64,000 nt of DNA from an uncultured Nitrospinota bacterium. Its GTDB lineage: Bacteria; Tectomicrobia; Entotheonellia; J063; CAVPRW01. The notes below the pieces were generated by a model, which did not search any database, had not been told where the DNA came from, and saw only the letters and a list, made by a program, of their open reading frames with translations. The position numbers and the translations under genes were made by a program. Of the stretch, positions 41,892 to 52,340 are shown one piece after another. Each line of letters starts with the position of its first letter. Position 1 is the stretch's first letter. The DNA lies in contig CAVPRW010000031.1 in the NCBI GenBank assembly GCA_963707985.1, positions 320,001-384,000 on the forward strand, read 5' to 3'.

Positions 41892-43298
41892 GTGCGGGAT
41901 CGCGTGGCATTTTTCACGCTCGGATGTAAGCTCAATTCTTACGAAACAGAGTCGCTGCGTGAGGTCTTTCATCAACATCGCTACGACATCGTCGACATCG
42001 ATCAGCCCGCTGACTACTATGTGATCAATACCTGCGCCGTCACCGGGCACGCGGAGGCCGATGCTCGGCAGCTCATTCGTTCGCTCACCAAGCGGAATCC
42101 CGCAGCGCGAGTCATCGTCACCGGCTGCTATGCTCAGCGCGACGCCCAGACCTTGGCGAGGATGCCGGAAGTGGCCCTGGTCATCGGCAATGCGGAGAAG
42201 ACCCAACTCTTCCAGCTCTTCGAGGACAGCCTCGTCACACCGGACAATAGGAAGAAGGTCTTCACCTCACATCCCTTCAAAGGTCAGCCAAAGGAACGGT
42301 TCAGCTTCGGTGCAGGCGGCGAAGCTGCCACCGTCAGTCCCTTTACCCGTGCCACCATCAAAGTGCAGGACGGCTGTGACGACTTTTGCACGTTTTGCAT
42401 CATTCCGCACCTGCGTGGCACGAGTGTCAGTCGGCCCATTGCCGCCATCCTCGAGCATGCCCGCGCTTTGGCCACTGCTGGGTATAGGGAGATCGATCTT
42501 ACCGGCGTCCATACTGGGGCCTATGGGATGGATTTTGCGACTCCGACCACACTGTTGGCGATGCTGGAGCAACTCGTACGAGTGGACGGGATCGAGCGCA
42601 TTCGACTGAACTCGATTGAGCCTGCCACAGTCAGCGAGGACTTGTTAGATTTTATCGCCGCCTCTCCAAAGATTTGTCAACATCTGCACATCTGTCTGCA
42701 GAGCGGTGATGACGACATCCTACGTCTGATGCGGCGACACTATGATGTGGCATCGTACGAACGCTTGATCACCAACGTCATGAGGCGCATGCCGGAATGC
42801 GGATTAGGGAGCGACCTATTGGTCGGCTTCCCAGGTGAGACCGAGGTGCACTTCGAACGGACACTGCGCGTTGTTGAGCGCCTGCCCTTTTCGTATCTGC
42901 ATGTCTTCAGCTATTCGGCCAGGCCGGGGACGCCAGCCGCCAAGTATCCTGGTCAGGTGCAACCTGCGGTGACCAAGGAACGTAGTCGGCGCCTGCGTGA
43001 GTTAGCCCAGGCCAAGAAAAAAGCCTTCGCCGAGCGCTTTCTCGGCCAGGAGCGGGTGATCCTCCTGGAGGGCAAGCGCGATAAGACCCGACACTTCCTG
43101 TCGGGTTTGACGGAGCACTACATCCGCGTGCATGTCGATGCGCCAGAGGCAGCGGTGAATCAGCTCGTGCCGGTCCGTCTGGTAGCGTTGGCAGAGGACG
43201 AGGTGCTGGGCGAATGGATCGGTGGAGAGGGAGCCGCTGTCGAGCCGGTGAAGCAGATGCCTGCAGTGAATCATGCGAACCTGCACACGCTCCCATAG
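41892..43298 (+). CDS. mtaB: tRNA t6A37 methylthiotransferase (radical SAM)
   Basis: TLGCKLNSYET, INTCAVT, TGCYAQ, QDGCDDFCTFC, HVFSYSARPGT. Confidence 0.92.
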   Translation: MRDRVAFFTLGCKLNSYETESLREVFHQHRYDIVDIDQPADYYVINTCAVTGHAEADARQLIRSLTKRNPAARVIVTGCYAQRDAQTLARMPEVALVIGNAEKTQLFQLFEDSLVTPDNRKKVFTSHPFKGQPKERFSFGAGGEAATVSPFTRATIKVQDGCDDFCTFCIIPHLRGTSVSRPIAAILEHARALATAGYREIDLTGVHTGAYGMDFATPTTLLAMLEQLVRVDGIERIRLNSIEPATVSEDLLDFIAASPKICQHLHICLQSGDDDILRLMRRHYDVASYERLITNVMRRMPECGLGSDLLVGFPGETEVHFERTLRVVERLPFSYLHVFSYSARPGTPAAKYPGQVQPAVTKERSRRLRELAQAKKKAFAERFLGQERVILLEGKRDKTRHFLSGLTEHYIRVHVDAPEAAVNQLVPVRLVALAEDEVLGEWIGGEGAAVEPVKQMPAVNHANLHTLP

Positions 43299-43326
43299 CA
43301 GCTGATCGAATGTTGGAGGATGATGG

Positions 43327-43980
43327 ATGATCATCGATATGCACGTACACTCGGATGTGTCCGACGACGGCATGGCGAGTGTCGAAACCTATATGAAATG
43401 GCTCGCCAAGCTGCGGCGCAACTACCGCATCGACGGCATCGTGTTCACGGAGCATCGGCTGTTCAACAGCGAGGCCGACTATGAGACCCTTGCCCGTCAG
43501 TATGACCTCCTCATTTTCAAGGGCACGGAGGCGGACACCGACTGCGGGCACGTGTTGTGTTATGGGATGAACGACAAGATCACGCATCACTTTGATCTCA
43601 AGAATGTGCACTTGAGTGGGCGAGAGCTCATCAACGCCATGGAAGACGCCGGTGGCATAGGTATCCCGGCCCATCCAGGGCGGCGGCACATCGGGCTCGT
43701 CGAACATCTCGAAAACGGCTATGACATCGGCAGCTCCCTGCGGGCTGCAGAACAACTCAACGGTGGCAGTAGCAAACAGGAGAATGCCCGCGCCGAGCAA
43801 CTCGTCGCCGCGCGCCAACTCTCCGGCATCGGCGGCAGCGATGCGCATTTCGTCAGCGCTGTCGGCAAGTTTATGACCGCATTCAAACGCCCGGTCCATA
43901 GTATGCAGGACCTGGTGGAACAATTGTACTCGGGTGACTATCATCCTATCACCCTGGAAGAGGCCAAAATCCACAGCTAA
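43327..43980 (+). CDS. PHP-domain metallophosphoesterase
   Basis: DMHVHS, FTEH, GH, AHP, GGSDAH. Confidence 0.88.
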   Translation: MIIDMHVHSDVSDDGMASVETYMKWLAKLRRNYRIDGIVFTEHRLFNSEADYETLARQYDLLIFKGTEADTDCGHVLCYGMNDKITHHFDLKNVHLSGRELINAMEDAGGIGIPAHPGRRHIGLVEHLENGYDIGSSLRAAEQLNGGSSKQENARAEQLVAARQLSGIGGSDAHFVSAVGKFMTAFKRPVHSMQDLVEQLYSGDYHPITLEEAKIHS

Positions 43981-44000
43981 GCCGACGAGGAGAGGGCGCC

Positions 44001-44456
44001 GTGATCGAGTTCGATCAGAGCATCCTAGGCAAGGAATTTGTGTTGGGCACATTCCAGGTCACCGAGGACATGATGCTCGCGTATGCGCAAGCCGTCGGTG
44101 AGACCAGCCCGCAGTATGTCGATCCGGAAGCGGCCAAACACACCGGCAGTAGCGGGCTCGTGGCTCCGCCGATCTTCTACGATGTGTTCCGTGCCGAGCA
44201 AATGCCCGACCCAAAAGTGCAATTTGGCAAGATCTCTTTCAATGCCGGACAGCGGTGCGAGTTCTACGCTCCGATCCGGCCTGGCGACACGATCACGCTG
44301 AAGGCGCGGATCACCGACGTGTATGAAAAAACGGGACGCACGGGCAAGATGGTGTTCATCATCCGTGAAACCACTTACGAGAACCAGCAGGGTGAGAAAG
44401 TGGCTGTCGTGGAGCAATCACAAGTCCGACGCGAGTCTGGGGCAGCGCGGGAGTGA
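44001..44456 (+). CDS. MaoC-like (FAS1-type N-terminal) dehydratase subunit
   Basis: YAQAVGE..P.Y.D, LVAPP, PIRPGD, GRTGKMVF hot-dog fold pattern. Confidence 0.85.
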   Translation: MIEFDQSILGKEFVLGTFQVTEDMMLAYAQAVGETSPQYVDPEAAKHTGSSGLVAPPIFYDVFRAEQMPDPKVQFGKISFNAGQRCEFYAPIRPGDTITLKARITDVYEKTGRTGKMVFIIRETTYENQQGEKVAVVEQSQVRRESGAARE

Positions 44457-44463
44457 GGCAGAC

Positions 44464-44895
44464 ATGAGCGGGAACGCGGTGTATTTCGAGGATGTCGACA
44501 TTGGGGATGAGATCACCCCACTGCCGATGAATCCGACACACGAGACGATTGCAGCATACGTGAAGGCGTGCCACATCACCGAAAAGCGGTTTACAGACGA
44601 TGCGTACGCCCGTGGCCTGGGGATGGATGGTATCATCGCGCCGGGTAACATGGGGTTGGCCTATCTATCCCGGATGATCAACGACTGGGCCCAGGGGGCG
44701 GTGCTCCGCAAGCTCGACGTGCGCTTCCGCGGCTTTGTCAAGCCGGGCGTGCAACTGACGTGTAAGGGACTAATCGTGGAGAAACACGTGCGCGGCAGTG
44801 AGAACTCCATCGAATGCGATGTCTTCATCGAGAATGAAAACGGAGACCGGCCCGTAGCTGGGAGCGCCACGGTGATCTTGCCGACGCGTGGCTGA
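44464..44895 (+). CDS. MaoC-like dehydratase subunit
   Basis: YFEDVDIGDE, DDAYARGLG, VRFRGFVKPG; paired with the previous gene. Confidence 0.85.
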   Translation: MSGNAVYFEDVDIGDEITPLPMNPTHETIAAYVKACHITEKRFTDDAYARGLGMDGIIAPGNMGLAYLSRMINDWAQGAVLRKLDVRFRGFVKPGVQLTCKGLIVEKHVRGSENSIECDVFIENENGDRPVAGSATVILPTRG

Positions 44896-45355
44896 GGACG
44901 CCCCGTTCTCGACGTCATGGATGCCTCTCTCAAACATCTCCGCTTTTGATCCGCTGACCTGGCCCCAGCCCGGCGTTCGTGCTGACGCCGTGTTCTCTGG
45001 GCGCGGCTGAGGGCGGGGGTTGTGCCCGTCCGGTGTAGTCCTGCACCAACGCTTACCAAGTTCGCCCGTGAATCCCGAGGAGGACAGCACCTTCGAGCAG
45101 AGCTGCAGCCGCCGCCAGGTGAGGGAGTAGTGTTTTCAATCTAGCCCGACCCTGCCATTCTGTGCTACTCTCAGGAGCCTTGGATGGTGGCTTGCCGTCC
45201 CTTCAACTGAGGGGTCAAAGCACGCACGTTTCTCGGCGCGACGCTCGCCTTCGAGGTGTCGGTCGCCACTGTACAACTGTTGGTATCCGTCTGTATCAAG
45301 GGTTCGATGCCCCATCGCTACTGTTGATCGTGTCACAGATACGGCGAGGTGTTCT

Positions 45356-46180
45356 ATGCAAGTCTCACCCCATGTCTATGTTATGCATATCGATGATGGT
45401 GCGGCGTTCCACCCAGGTGGCAGCAACAATTACTTCGTTGGCGACCCACGTGAAGCGATGGTGTTGATCGACACCGGGGACCAGATGCGCGAATGGACGC
45501 AGAGTCTTCTCGACTATTACCAACAATTGGGACGTCCCAGAATCAGCGCCATCTTCCTCACACATAGTCATCATGACCACATCGGCGGCCTAGACCGCAT
45601 CTATGAGGTGATGCCGGCTCCGGTACGGTGCCATCCTCAGCTCGTAGCTAAGTTGCAAACGATGGTCCCGAAAGACGCTGTGGTCGCACTTCAGCCGGAT
45701 GAAATGGTGGCGACCGGTGGTGGCGTGACTTTGCAAGCGCTGTTCACGCCGGGCCACGAGGTTGACCACGTGAGCTACTACCTCGGTGAGGATCGCACAC
45801 TTTTCACTGGCGACTGTATCTTGGGGGCATCATCAACTACCGTCCGGGACCTGGCGAGCTATATGCGGTCTCTGGAGTTGTTGACCAGCTACGCACATGA
45901 GACCATCTGCCCGGGCCATGGTCCGGTGGTGCCACCGCCCCGCGGGGCGGAACTGGTGCGCTGGTATATCGACCATCGACAACAACGCGAACAGCAGGTG
46001 TTGGCCGCACTGGGCAAGGGATTAGGCACGGTGGAGGCAATTACTCGGGACGTCTACCCGTCCGACCTGCCCGCAGGACTGCGGCGCGGCGCTGAGCAAA
46101 ATGTCGCCACCCACCTGGAAAAGCTGGCGAAGGAGGGACGCGTCCAGGAGATGCCAGCGCAGTATCATCTGCGACCCTGA
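45356..46180 (+). CDS. Metallo-beta-lactamase-fold hydrolase (LACTB2-like)
   Basis: THSHHDHIGG, TPGH, FTGD, PGHG. Confidence 0.9.
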   Translation: MQVSPHVYVMHIDDGAAFHPGGSNNYFVGDPREAMVLIDTGDQMREWTQSLLDYYQQLGRPRISAIFLTHSHHDHIGGLDRIYEVMPAPVRCHPQLVAKLQTMVPKDAVVALQPDEMVATGGGVTLQALFTPGHEVDHVSYYLGEDRTLFTGDCILGASSTTVRDLASYMRSLELLTSYAHETICPGHGPVVPPPRGAELVRWYIDHRQQREQQVLAALGKGLGTVEAITRDVYPSDLPAGLRRGAEQNVATHLEKLAKEGRVQEMPAQYHLRP

Positions 46181-46320
46181 CCGCGCCGCAAGTCTATTCT
46201 TACATCTGGGTCAGAGCGAGGTTGCCTGTGCTTCCCGCTCCGAGTATAATTATCCCCCATACTGGTTGCACGATGACCATTTGAGGCCGACGTTCTGTCG
46301 TCACGCATGATCCCGAGGCC

Positions 46321-47988
46321 ATGCCTATGACTGTCGAACTTGCTTTCCTGACCATCGCGGAGGCGTCGGCGCTGATCCGGACGCGCCAACTCTCCCCGGT
46401 GGAATACGTTGAGGCGCTCATCGCACGCACGGAGACGTTTGACCCACAGTTGCATGCCTACATCACCCCGACGTTCGACCGGGCGCGTCAAGCGGCGAAA
46501 CAGGCCGAGCATGAGATCATGGCCGGCACCTACCGTGGCCCGATGCACGGCATCCCATTCGCGTTGAAGGACATCTATGACACCCAGGGGATCCGCACCT
46601 CGGGACATTCTCGAGTCTGCCTCAATCGCGTTCCCAAGGCGGACGCGACCGCGACGGCCAAACTGTCTGAAGCGGGCGCCATCCTGATGGGCAAGCTGGC
46701 CACACATGAATTTGCGCATGGCGGGCCCTCTTTCGACCTGCCGTGGCCGCCGGCACGGAATCCCTGGCATCTCGCCCATTTCACGGGTGGTTCCTCGAGT
46801 GGCTCCGGCGCAGCCGTGGCTGCAGGGCTGGTGCCGATGGCGTTGGGATCCGATACCGGCGGATCGATCCGTGGTCCGGCTTCTTTGTGTGGCGTGGCAG
46901 GATTGATGCCGACCTTCGGCCTGGTCGGTCGCGGTGGCGTCATCCCCAACTCGTTCACCTTCGATCATTGCGGGCCGCTGGCTCGCTCTGTCGAAGATTG
47001 TGCCATTGTTCTGCAAGTGATCGCGGGCTTCGACCCTAGGGATGCAGGCAGTATCCAGCAGCGCATCCCTGCGTACCGCACGGCACTGCAACGGGATCTG
47101 AAGGGTCTCAGGATCGGCGTGCTCCGTCATCACTGGGAGGAGGACCTACCGGCCTCGGAGGACGTCAGCCGGGCCATGGGAGAGGCGTTGCAGGTCCTGA
47201 AGAGCCTTGGCGCCGAGCTTGAGGACTGTCACGTGCGTTCGCTCCAGCACTATTTTGACGTCAAGGTCATCATCGCTGAGACCGAAATCTTCACGATTCA
47301 CCAGCCAGACCTGGGGGCTCGACCGGGAGATTTTGGTGCCGACTTCCGCGCCCGTGTGTTGCCAGCGGTGCTCTTCACTGCCAATGATTATGTGCGGGCC
47401 ACACGTGAGCACCGGCAGATGGTGGCGGAGATGGCCCCCCTCTACGAGCGCTATGATGCTTTTATTACCGCAGGCCAGGGCGAAGCCCCACGTCTCGATG
47501 CACATAGGAGTCTCGCTTTCTGGCAACGACCTAACCTGTTCACCGCAGCCAATGTCACCAGCCAGCCTGCGTTGGAGGTTTGCAATGGTTTTGGCGCTCA
47601 CGGCCTGCCACTGGGGATGCAGATCCTCGGCCGCCCTTTCGACGACGCGACCGTGCTCCGTACCGGCCATGCCTACGAGCAAGCGACCGATTGGCATCGC
47701 CGGCATCCGCCGCTTCGTGAAGGTGCCGAAGTGCCCATCCTGACCCCACCACCGCTACTAGCCGGGACCGCCAACCATACCGATGAGGCCATACGGGAGG
47801 CGTGTGTCTACGCAGCGCAGCGTGCAGGACTCACACTGAGTGACGAGCAGTTTGCGCAACTCCTCGAAGGGGCGCCTTATGCGCTCGGCATGGTGCAACG
47901 CTTGAGACGCAATCACCGCTATGAGAACGAGCCCGCCAACGTCTTCTGTTTTCCGGCGAGCTTTTTGACACCCCCGAATCGCGCCTGA
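46321..47988 (+). CDS. Amidase-signature family protein
   Basis: GIPFALKD, GGSSSGS, GSDTGGSIRGPA. Confidence 0.93.
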   Translation: MPMTVELAFLTIAEASALIRTRQLSPVEYVEALIARTETFDPQLHAYITPTFDRARQAAKQAEHEIMAGTYRGPMHGIPFALKDIYDTQGIRTSGHSRVCLNRVPKADATATAKLSEAGAILMGKLATHEFAHGGPSFDLPWPPARNPWHLAHFTGGSSSGSGAAVAAGLVPMALGSDTGGSIRGPASLCGVAGLMPTFGLVGRGGVIPNSFTFDHCGPLARSVEDCAIVLQVIAGFDPRDAGSIQQRIPAYRTALQRDLKGLRIGVLRHHWEEDLPASEDVSRAMGEALQVLKSLGAELEDCHVRSLQHYFDVKVIIAETEIFTIHQPDLGARPGDFGADFRARVLPAVLFTANDYVRATREHRQMVAEMAPLYERYDAFITAGQGEAPRLDAHRSLAFWQRPNLFTAANVTSQPALEVCNGFGAHGLPLGMQILGRPFDDATVLRTGHAYEQATDWHRRHPPLREGAEVPILTPPPLLAGTANHTDEAIREACVYAAQRAGLTLSDEQFAQLLEGAPYALGMVQRLRRNHRYENEPANVFCFPASFLTPPNRA

Positions 47989-48480
47989 CCATCGCACCTC
48001 GCGCGGCCCCCACAGCGTCTCGATGCAGGAAACGCCACTGCTGTGGAGCAAATCACACACACCCGCTGGCCGCACCAGGAAATCCTCCAACGTGTTCACG
48101 TTGGTCAGCTGTCCCCCCTGGCGACCGATCAAATCGTCGATGAGGTTCCACGACAGGGCTCTTTCTAGGGCTGTGGCAGATTTACTCTTCCAGAGTTTTC
48201 GAGTCTGTCAGTCATGCCATGATTGCTACCTCATGACGGATTTTCCCCTGCCAATCGACGTGTGAGACAGAACATGGTATTCAGGACGCTGGAACAGGTC
48301 AAGCAGGTGCTAGCGGCATGTGGTTGGCAGAGCAATACGGCCTTTGTCCAGCGGCTCACAAGGTCAGCACCGTGGTTTGGGGTCGGCTCACATGGGATAC
48401 ATAGGTGATGATCGAATACCGCGCCTTCATCTCCGGCAAGTCCTAGATACTCTGATACGTCAGATGCTTCAGGTCGACCG

Positions 48481-50479
48481 TCATGGCCGCAGCTCCAATT
48501 CTTTGCCTTCAAGCTTGAAAATGCGATCGCGCAGCTCTGCGGCGCGTTCGAAGTCGTAGCGGTCAGCAGCGGCTTTCATGTCTTTACGGAGCTTCTTGAT
48601 GAGCCTGTCCAGCTCCGCTTGCGAATGGTATCTGGTCTTCTTCCTCCGCTGCCAGCGGCACGGTCGTGTAGTCCGCTTCGTAGACCGAATGCAGTATGTC
48701 GCTGATCGACTTGACGATGCTCTCCGGCGTAATGCCATGGTCCTCGTTGAATTGACCCTGCAGCTCACGACGGCGATTGGTCTCGTCGATGGCGACACGC
48801 ATCGATTTGGTGACCGCATCGGCGTACAGAATCACCTGACCGTTGACGTGGCGCGCCGCCCGGCCGATGGTCTGAATGAGTGACCGTTCAGAGCGCAGGT
48901 ACCCCTCCTTATCAGCGTCGAGGATGGCGACCAGCGAGACCTCGGGGATGTCTAACCCTTCACGCAGCAGGTTGATGCCGATGAGCACATCGTATTTCCC
49001 CAGGCGCAAGTCGCGGATGATCTCATGGCGCGCCAGTGTATCGATGTCGGAGTGCAGGTACGCCACCTTCACGCCCAGCTCCTGATAATACTCGGTGAGC
49101 TCTTCAGCCATGCGCTTGGTGAGGGTGGTCACCAGCACCCGGTGCCGCCGCTTCACCCGCGCGCGGATCTCCTCCAGCAGATCGTCCACCTGCCCACGCA
49201 CCGGGCGCACGCTGAGCTCGGGGTCCATGAGCCCTGTCGGCCGAATGATCTGCTCCACGACGCGGCCATTGGCCTGGCGTAACTCGTAGGGGCCGGGCGT
49301 CGCCGAGACATAGATCACCTGACGTACCATGGCCTCGAACTCCTCAAAATTCAGAGGGCGATTGTCGAGGGCCGAAGGCAGGCGAAACCCATACTCGACC
49401 AGCGTCTGCTTGCGGGCACGGTCACCGCGATACATGCCGCCGGTCTGGGGCACGGTCACATGACTTTCATCGATACAGAGGAGGAAGTCATCCGGAAAAT
49501 AATTGAGCAACACCCACGGCGGCTGCCCAGCCTGGCGCCCATCGAGATGGCGCGAGTAATTTTCGATACCATGGCAAAAGCCCATCTCGCGCAGCATCTC
49601 GAGATCGAAGTGGGTGCGTTGGGCCAGGCGCTGGGCCTCAAGCAGCTTGCCCTCACGCATCAACGCTTGCAGGCGCTCCTCCAGTTCCACGTCGATATCC
49701 GCGATGGCGCGTTTCAAATTCTCCTGCGTCGTCACGTAGTGGCTGGCCGGATAGATGGCCATCTTCGTCAGGCGCCGTAACGGCTCGCCACGCAGGGGAT
49801 CGATCTCCCAGATGGCGTCCACGACATCGCCGAAGAACTCCACCCGGATCGCCGTCTCCTCTTCGTGCGCTGGGAAAATATCCAACACATCGCCGCGCAC
49901 CCGGAAGGTGCCGCGATGGAAATCCATATCGTTGCGTTGGTACTGGATTTCGACGAGTTTATTGAGGATGTGGTCGCGGGTAATCTCCATTTGATCCTGG
50001 AACAGGACCAGCATGCTGCGGTAATCCTGCGGCGAGCCCAAACCATAGATACAGGACACACTGGCCACGACGATCACATCGCGGCGTTCCTGGAGCGAGC
50101 GGGTGGCGGAGTGGCGCAACTTGTCGATTTTGTCATTGATCGAGGCATCCTTTTCGATGTACGTATCGGTTTGGGGGACATAGGCCTCAGGCTGGTAGTA
50201 GTCGTAATAGCTCACGAAATATTCGACCGCATTGGTGGGAAACAACTCTTTGAATTCGGTGTAGAGCTGGGCTGCCAGGGTCTTATTGGGGGCGATCACC
50301 AGGGTCGGTCGGTTGACTCGAGCGATCATGTTGGCCATCGTAAAGGTTTTGCCTGAGCCGGTGACTCCGAGCAATACCTGATGTTTGCGTCCCTGCTCAA
50401 GGCCCTGCACGAGCTCTCGAATCGCGGCTGGTTGGTCCCCTTGCGGCTGATACGTCGAAGCAAGCTGGAATCGATCCAT
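48481..50479 (-). CDS. uvrB: Excinuclease ABC subunit B (frameshift near 48633)
   Basis: [33 protein letters not shown]; the C-terminal UVR domain ([12 protein letters not shown]) is in a second frame. Confidence 0.97.
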
Positions 50480-50688
50480 GACGTGGTTCCCACTCCTTCC
50501 GTTCGGATGCAGCCGGTGGCAGATGGCAGCACGACATACTTTCTGAATGTACCGCACCCGTCGAAGTCCGCGCAAGCGTGTACTTCGACGCGGCCGTGCG
50601 CCCACACTTGACATAGACATTTCCGTGCTGGGGCCCGCTTCCAGCAGGAAAGAGCGTTAGAAGCGAGCCTTATCGCGACAGAAATTGG

Positions 50689-50716
50689 TTGACAATCGTG
50701 CCACTACACCTATAAT
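50689..50716 (+). promoter_or_regulatory. Consensus sigma70 promoter
   Basis: TTGACA-16 bp-TATAAT. Confidence 0.85.
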
Positions 50717-50742
50717 GACAGCCTAATTTTGAGTTATCTCTC

Positions 50743-50865
50743 ATGAGCGCAGGCATGATGATCAATCGATCAGTGTCGCATCAGTCGCATAGCTCCCCGG
50801 TGAACACCTGGCCTTGGCGTGGGTGGCAGGTGCACGGGGGCAGCTACGGCCTCAAGGAGGGATGA
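50743..50865 (+). CDS. Putative Trp-rich leader peptide
   Basis: MSAGMMINRSVSHQSHSSPVNTWPWRGWQVHGGSYGLKEG*; three TGG codons within 50809-50826. Confidence 0.55.
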   Translation: MSAGMMINRSVSHQSHSSPVNTWPWRGWQVHGGSYGLKEG

Positions 50866-50946
50866 TCTCACATGTAGAGCTGGTCGGTGGGATGCCGTGG
50901 GTTGCCTGTTGATCCACGGTGTTCCTGACAGGAAAAGCACCGGGCC

Positions 50947-50981
50947 AAGCCGTGGATCGTTTGCGATTCACGGCTTTTTTT
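50947..50981 (+). terminator. Intrinsic terminator / attenuator hairpin in the leader
   Basis: AAGCCGTGGATC-GTTTGC-GATTCACGGCTT followed by a T-run, about 30 nt before the ATG. Confidence 0.85.
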
Positions 50982-51009
50982 ATTGGCTTCTGCCATGGAA
51001 GGGGACTCC

Positions 51010-51309
51010 ATGAAGTACTCGGTGCTGGAGCAAGCTCTGCAGGCCTTAGAGACTTCGGACAAACGCATCCTGCAACTCCTCATTCTACGTCGTCAGCTTG
51101 CGACACAGCTGGCCCAGGCCATGCCAGGCCAGGAAGTCGCACCCAGTCTCGACGAGCGTGTCGCGGCCGTCGTGTCACGGCTGGCTCGTGGCAATCCAGG
51201 GCCTCTGAATCACCAGCGACTGGCATCCCTGTTTGAGGCTATCATCGGGCTCACAGAGCCGCTCTACATCACGCTTTCAACCGGAAATGGCGCGGCAAAA
51301 AAGGGTTGA
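51010..51309 (+). CDS. Chorismate mutase type II (AroQ)-like protein, degenerate active site
   Basis: SDKRILQLLILRRQLA...ERVAAVVSRLARGNPGPL...LFEAII matches the AroQ helical pattern. Confidence 0.7.
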   Translation: MKYSVLEQALQALETSDKRILQLLILRRQLATQLAQAMPGQEVAPSLDERVAAVVSRLARGNPGPLNHQRLASLFEAIIGLTEPLYITLSTGNGAAKKG

Positions 51310-51334
51310 CATCCTTGGGGGGTTATCTTACAGT
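51306..51334 (+). promoter_or_regulatory. Sigma70 promoter for etfBA
   Basis: TTGACA-17 bp-TACAGT. Confidence 0.6.
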
Positions 51335-51517
51335 ACCGGCATCATTGATGGTAATCGCTGAAGAAATCATGCAATTCGGTATGCCTCGCCAGCTAGGCCC
51401 TGGCGGCGAAATGGCGAATGTTGATCGCCAACATCGTCGCAGCGGGAGGAGATCGACAGACATTGGGTAGGGGTCAGCAACACCACTCAATGGCACGGGC
51501 GAGAAGGAGGGAAACGT

Positions 51518-52324
51518 GTGCCGCTAAACGTGATCGTCTGCATCAAGCAGGTGCCGGATTGGGAGGCCCCTGCCGATACGTTCAAGATCGATCCTGAGCG
51601 GAATAAGGTCATCCCTCCCCCTAATATCGACCCACGGATTAGTCTGTTCGATGAGCACGCCATCGAGGCCGCGTTGCAACTCCGTGAAAAGCACGGCGGT
51701 AAGGTGACCATCGTCAGTCTGGGACCCGATTTCGCTCAGCGCGCCGTGAAACAAGCCGTGGCCATGGGCGCCGATGACGGGATTTTACTGAAAGATCACG
51801 CCTTTGAGGACTCCGACACGTACGCTACCGCCTATATCCTGGCTGAGGCCATCAAGAAGATCGGCGCGTTCGATCTGATCCTCTGCGGACGCCAGGCGGC
51901 TGACTGGGACGTTGGGCAGGTCGGAGTCGGTGTGGCGGAGCTCTTGGAGATTCCCTGTGTGTCGATTGCCCAGAAGATCGAGGTGTCCGACGGCAGGGCG
52001 GTGGTCGAACGCCTTGTCGAGGGCGGCTACGATGTCATGGAAGTGGCGTTGCCTGCCTTGATCACTGTCAGCAACGAAATCAACAAGCCGCGCTATCCGA
52101 CGTTGCGGGGCATCATGGCCGCCGGCAAGAAACAGATCCCGACGTGGGATGCTGCAGCCCTCGGCATCGATCCTGCCCACACCGGAGCGCGGGCTGTACA
52201 GGCCAAAGTCTTGAGGCTCTATGTCCCCGTCCACGAGGCTCATTGCGAGTTGCTCGACGGCGACACCGATGAGGAAAAGGGTGAAAAGCTCGCCCTGCGA
52301 CTGCGCGAGGCAAAGCTGATCTAG
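51518..52324 (+). CDS. etfB: Electron transfer flavoprotein beta subunit
   Basis: VCIKQVPD, AMGAD, CGRQAADWDVGQVG, NKPRYP. Confidence 0.95.
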   Translation: MPLNVIVCIKQVPDWEAPADTFKIDPERNKVIPPPNIDPRISLFDEHAIEAALQLREKHGGKVTIVSLGPDFAQRAVKQAVAMGADDGILLKDHAFEDSDTYATAYILAEAIKKIGAFDLILCGRQAADWDVGQVGVGVAELLEIPCVSIAQKIEVSDGRAVVERLVEGGYDVMEVALPALITVSNEINKPRYPTLRGIMAAGKKQIPTWDAAALGIDPAHTGARAVQAKVLRLYVPVHEAHCELLDGDTDEEKGEKLALRLREAKLI

Positions 52325-52340
52325 CGATCGGAGAAGTGGT

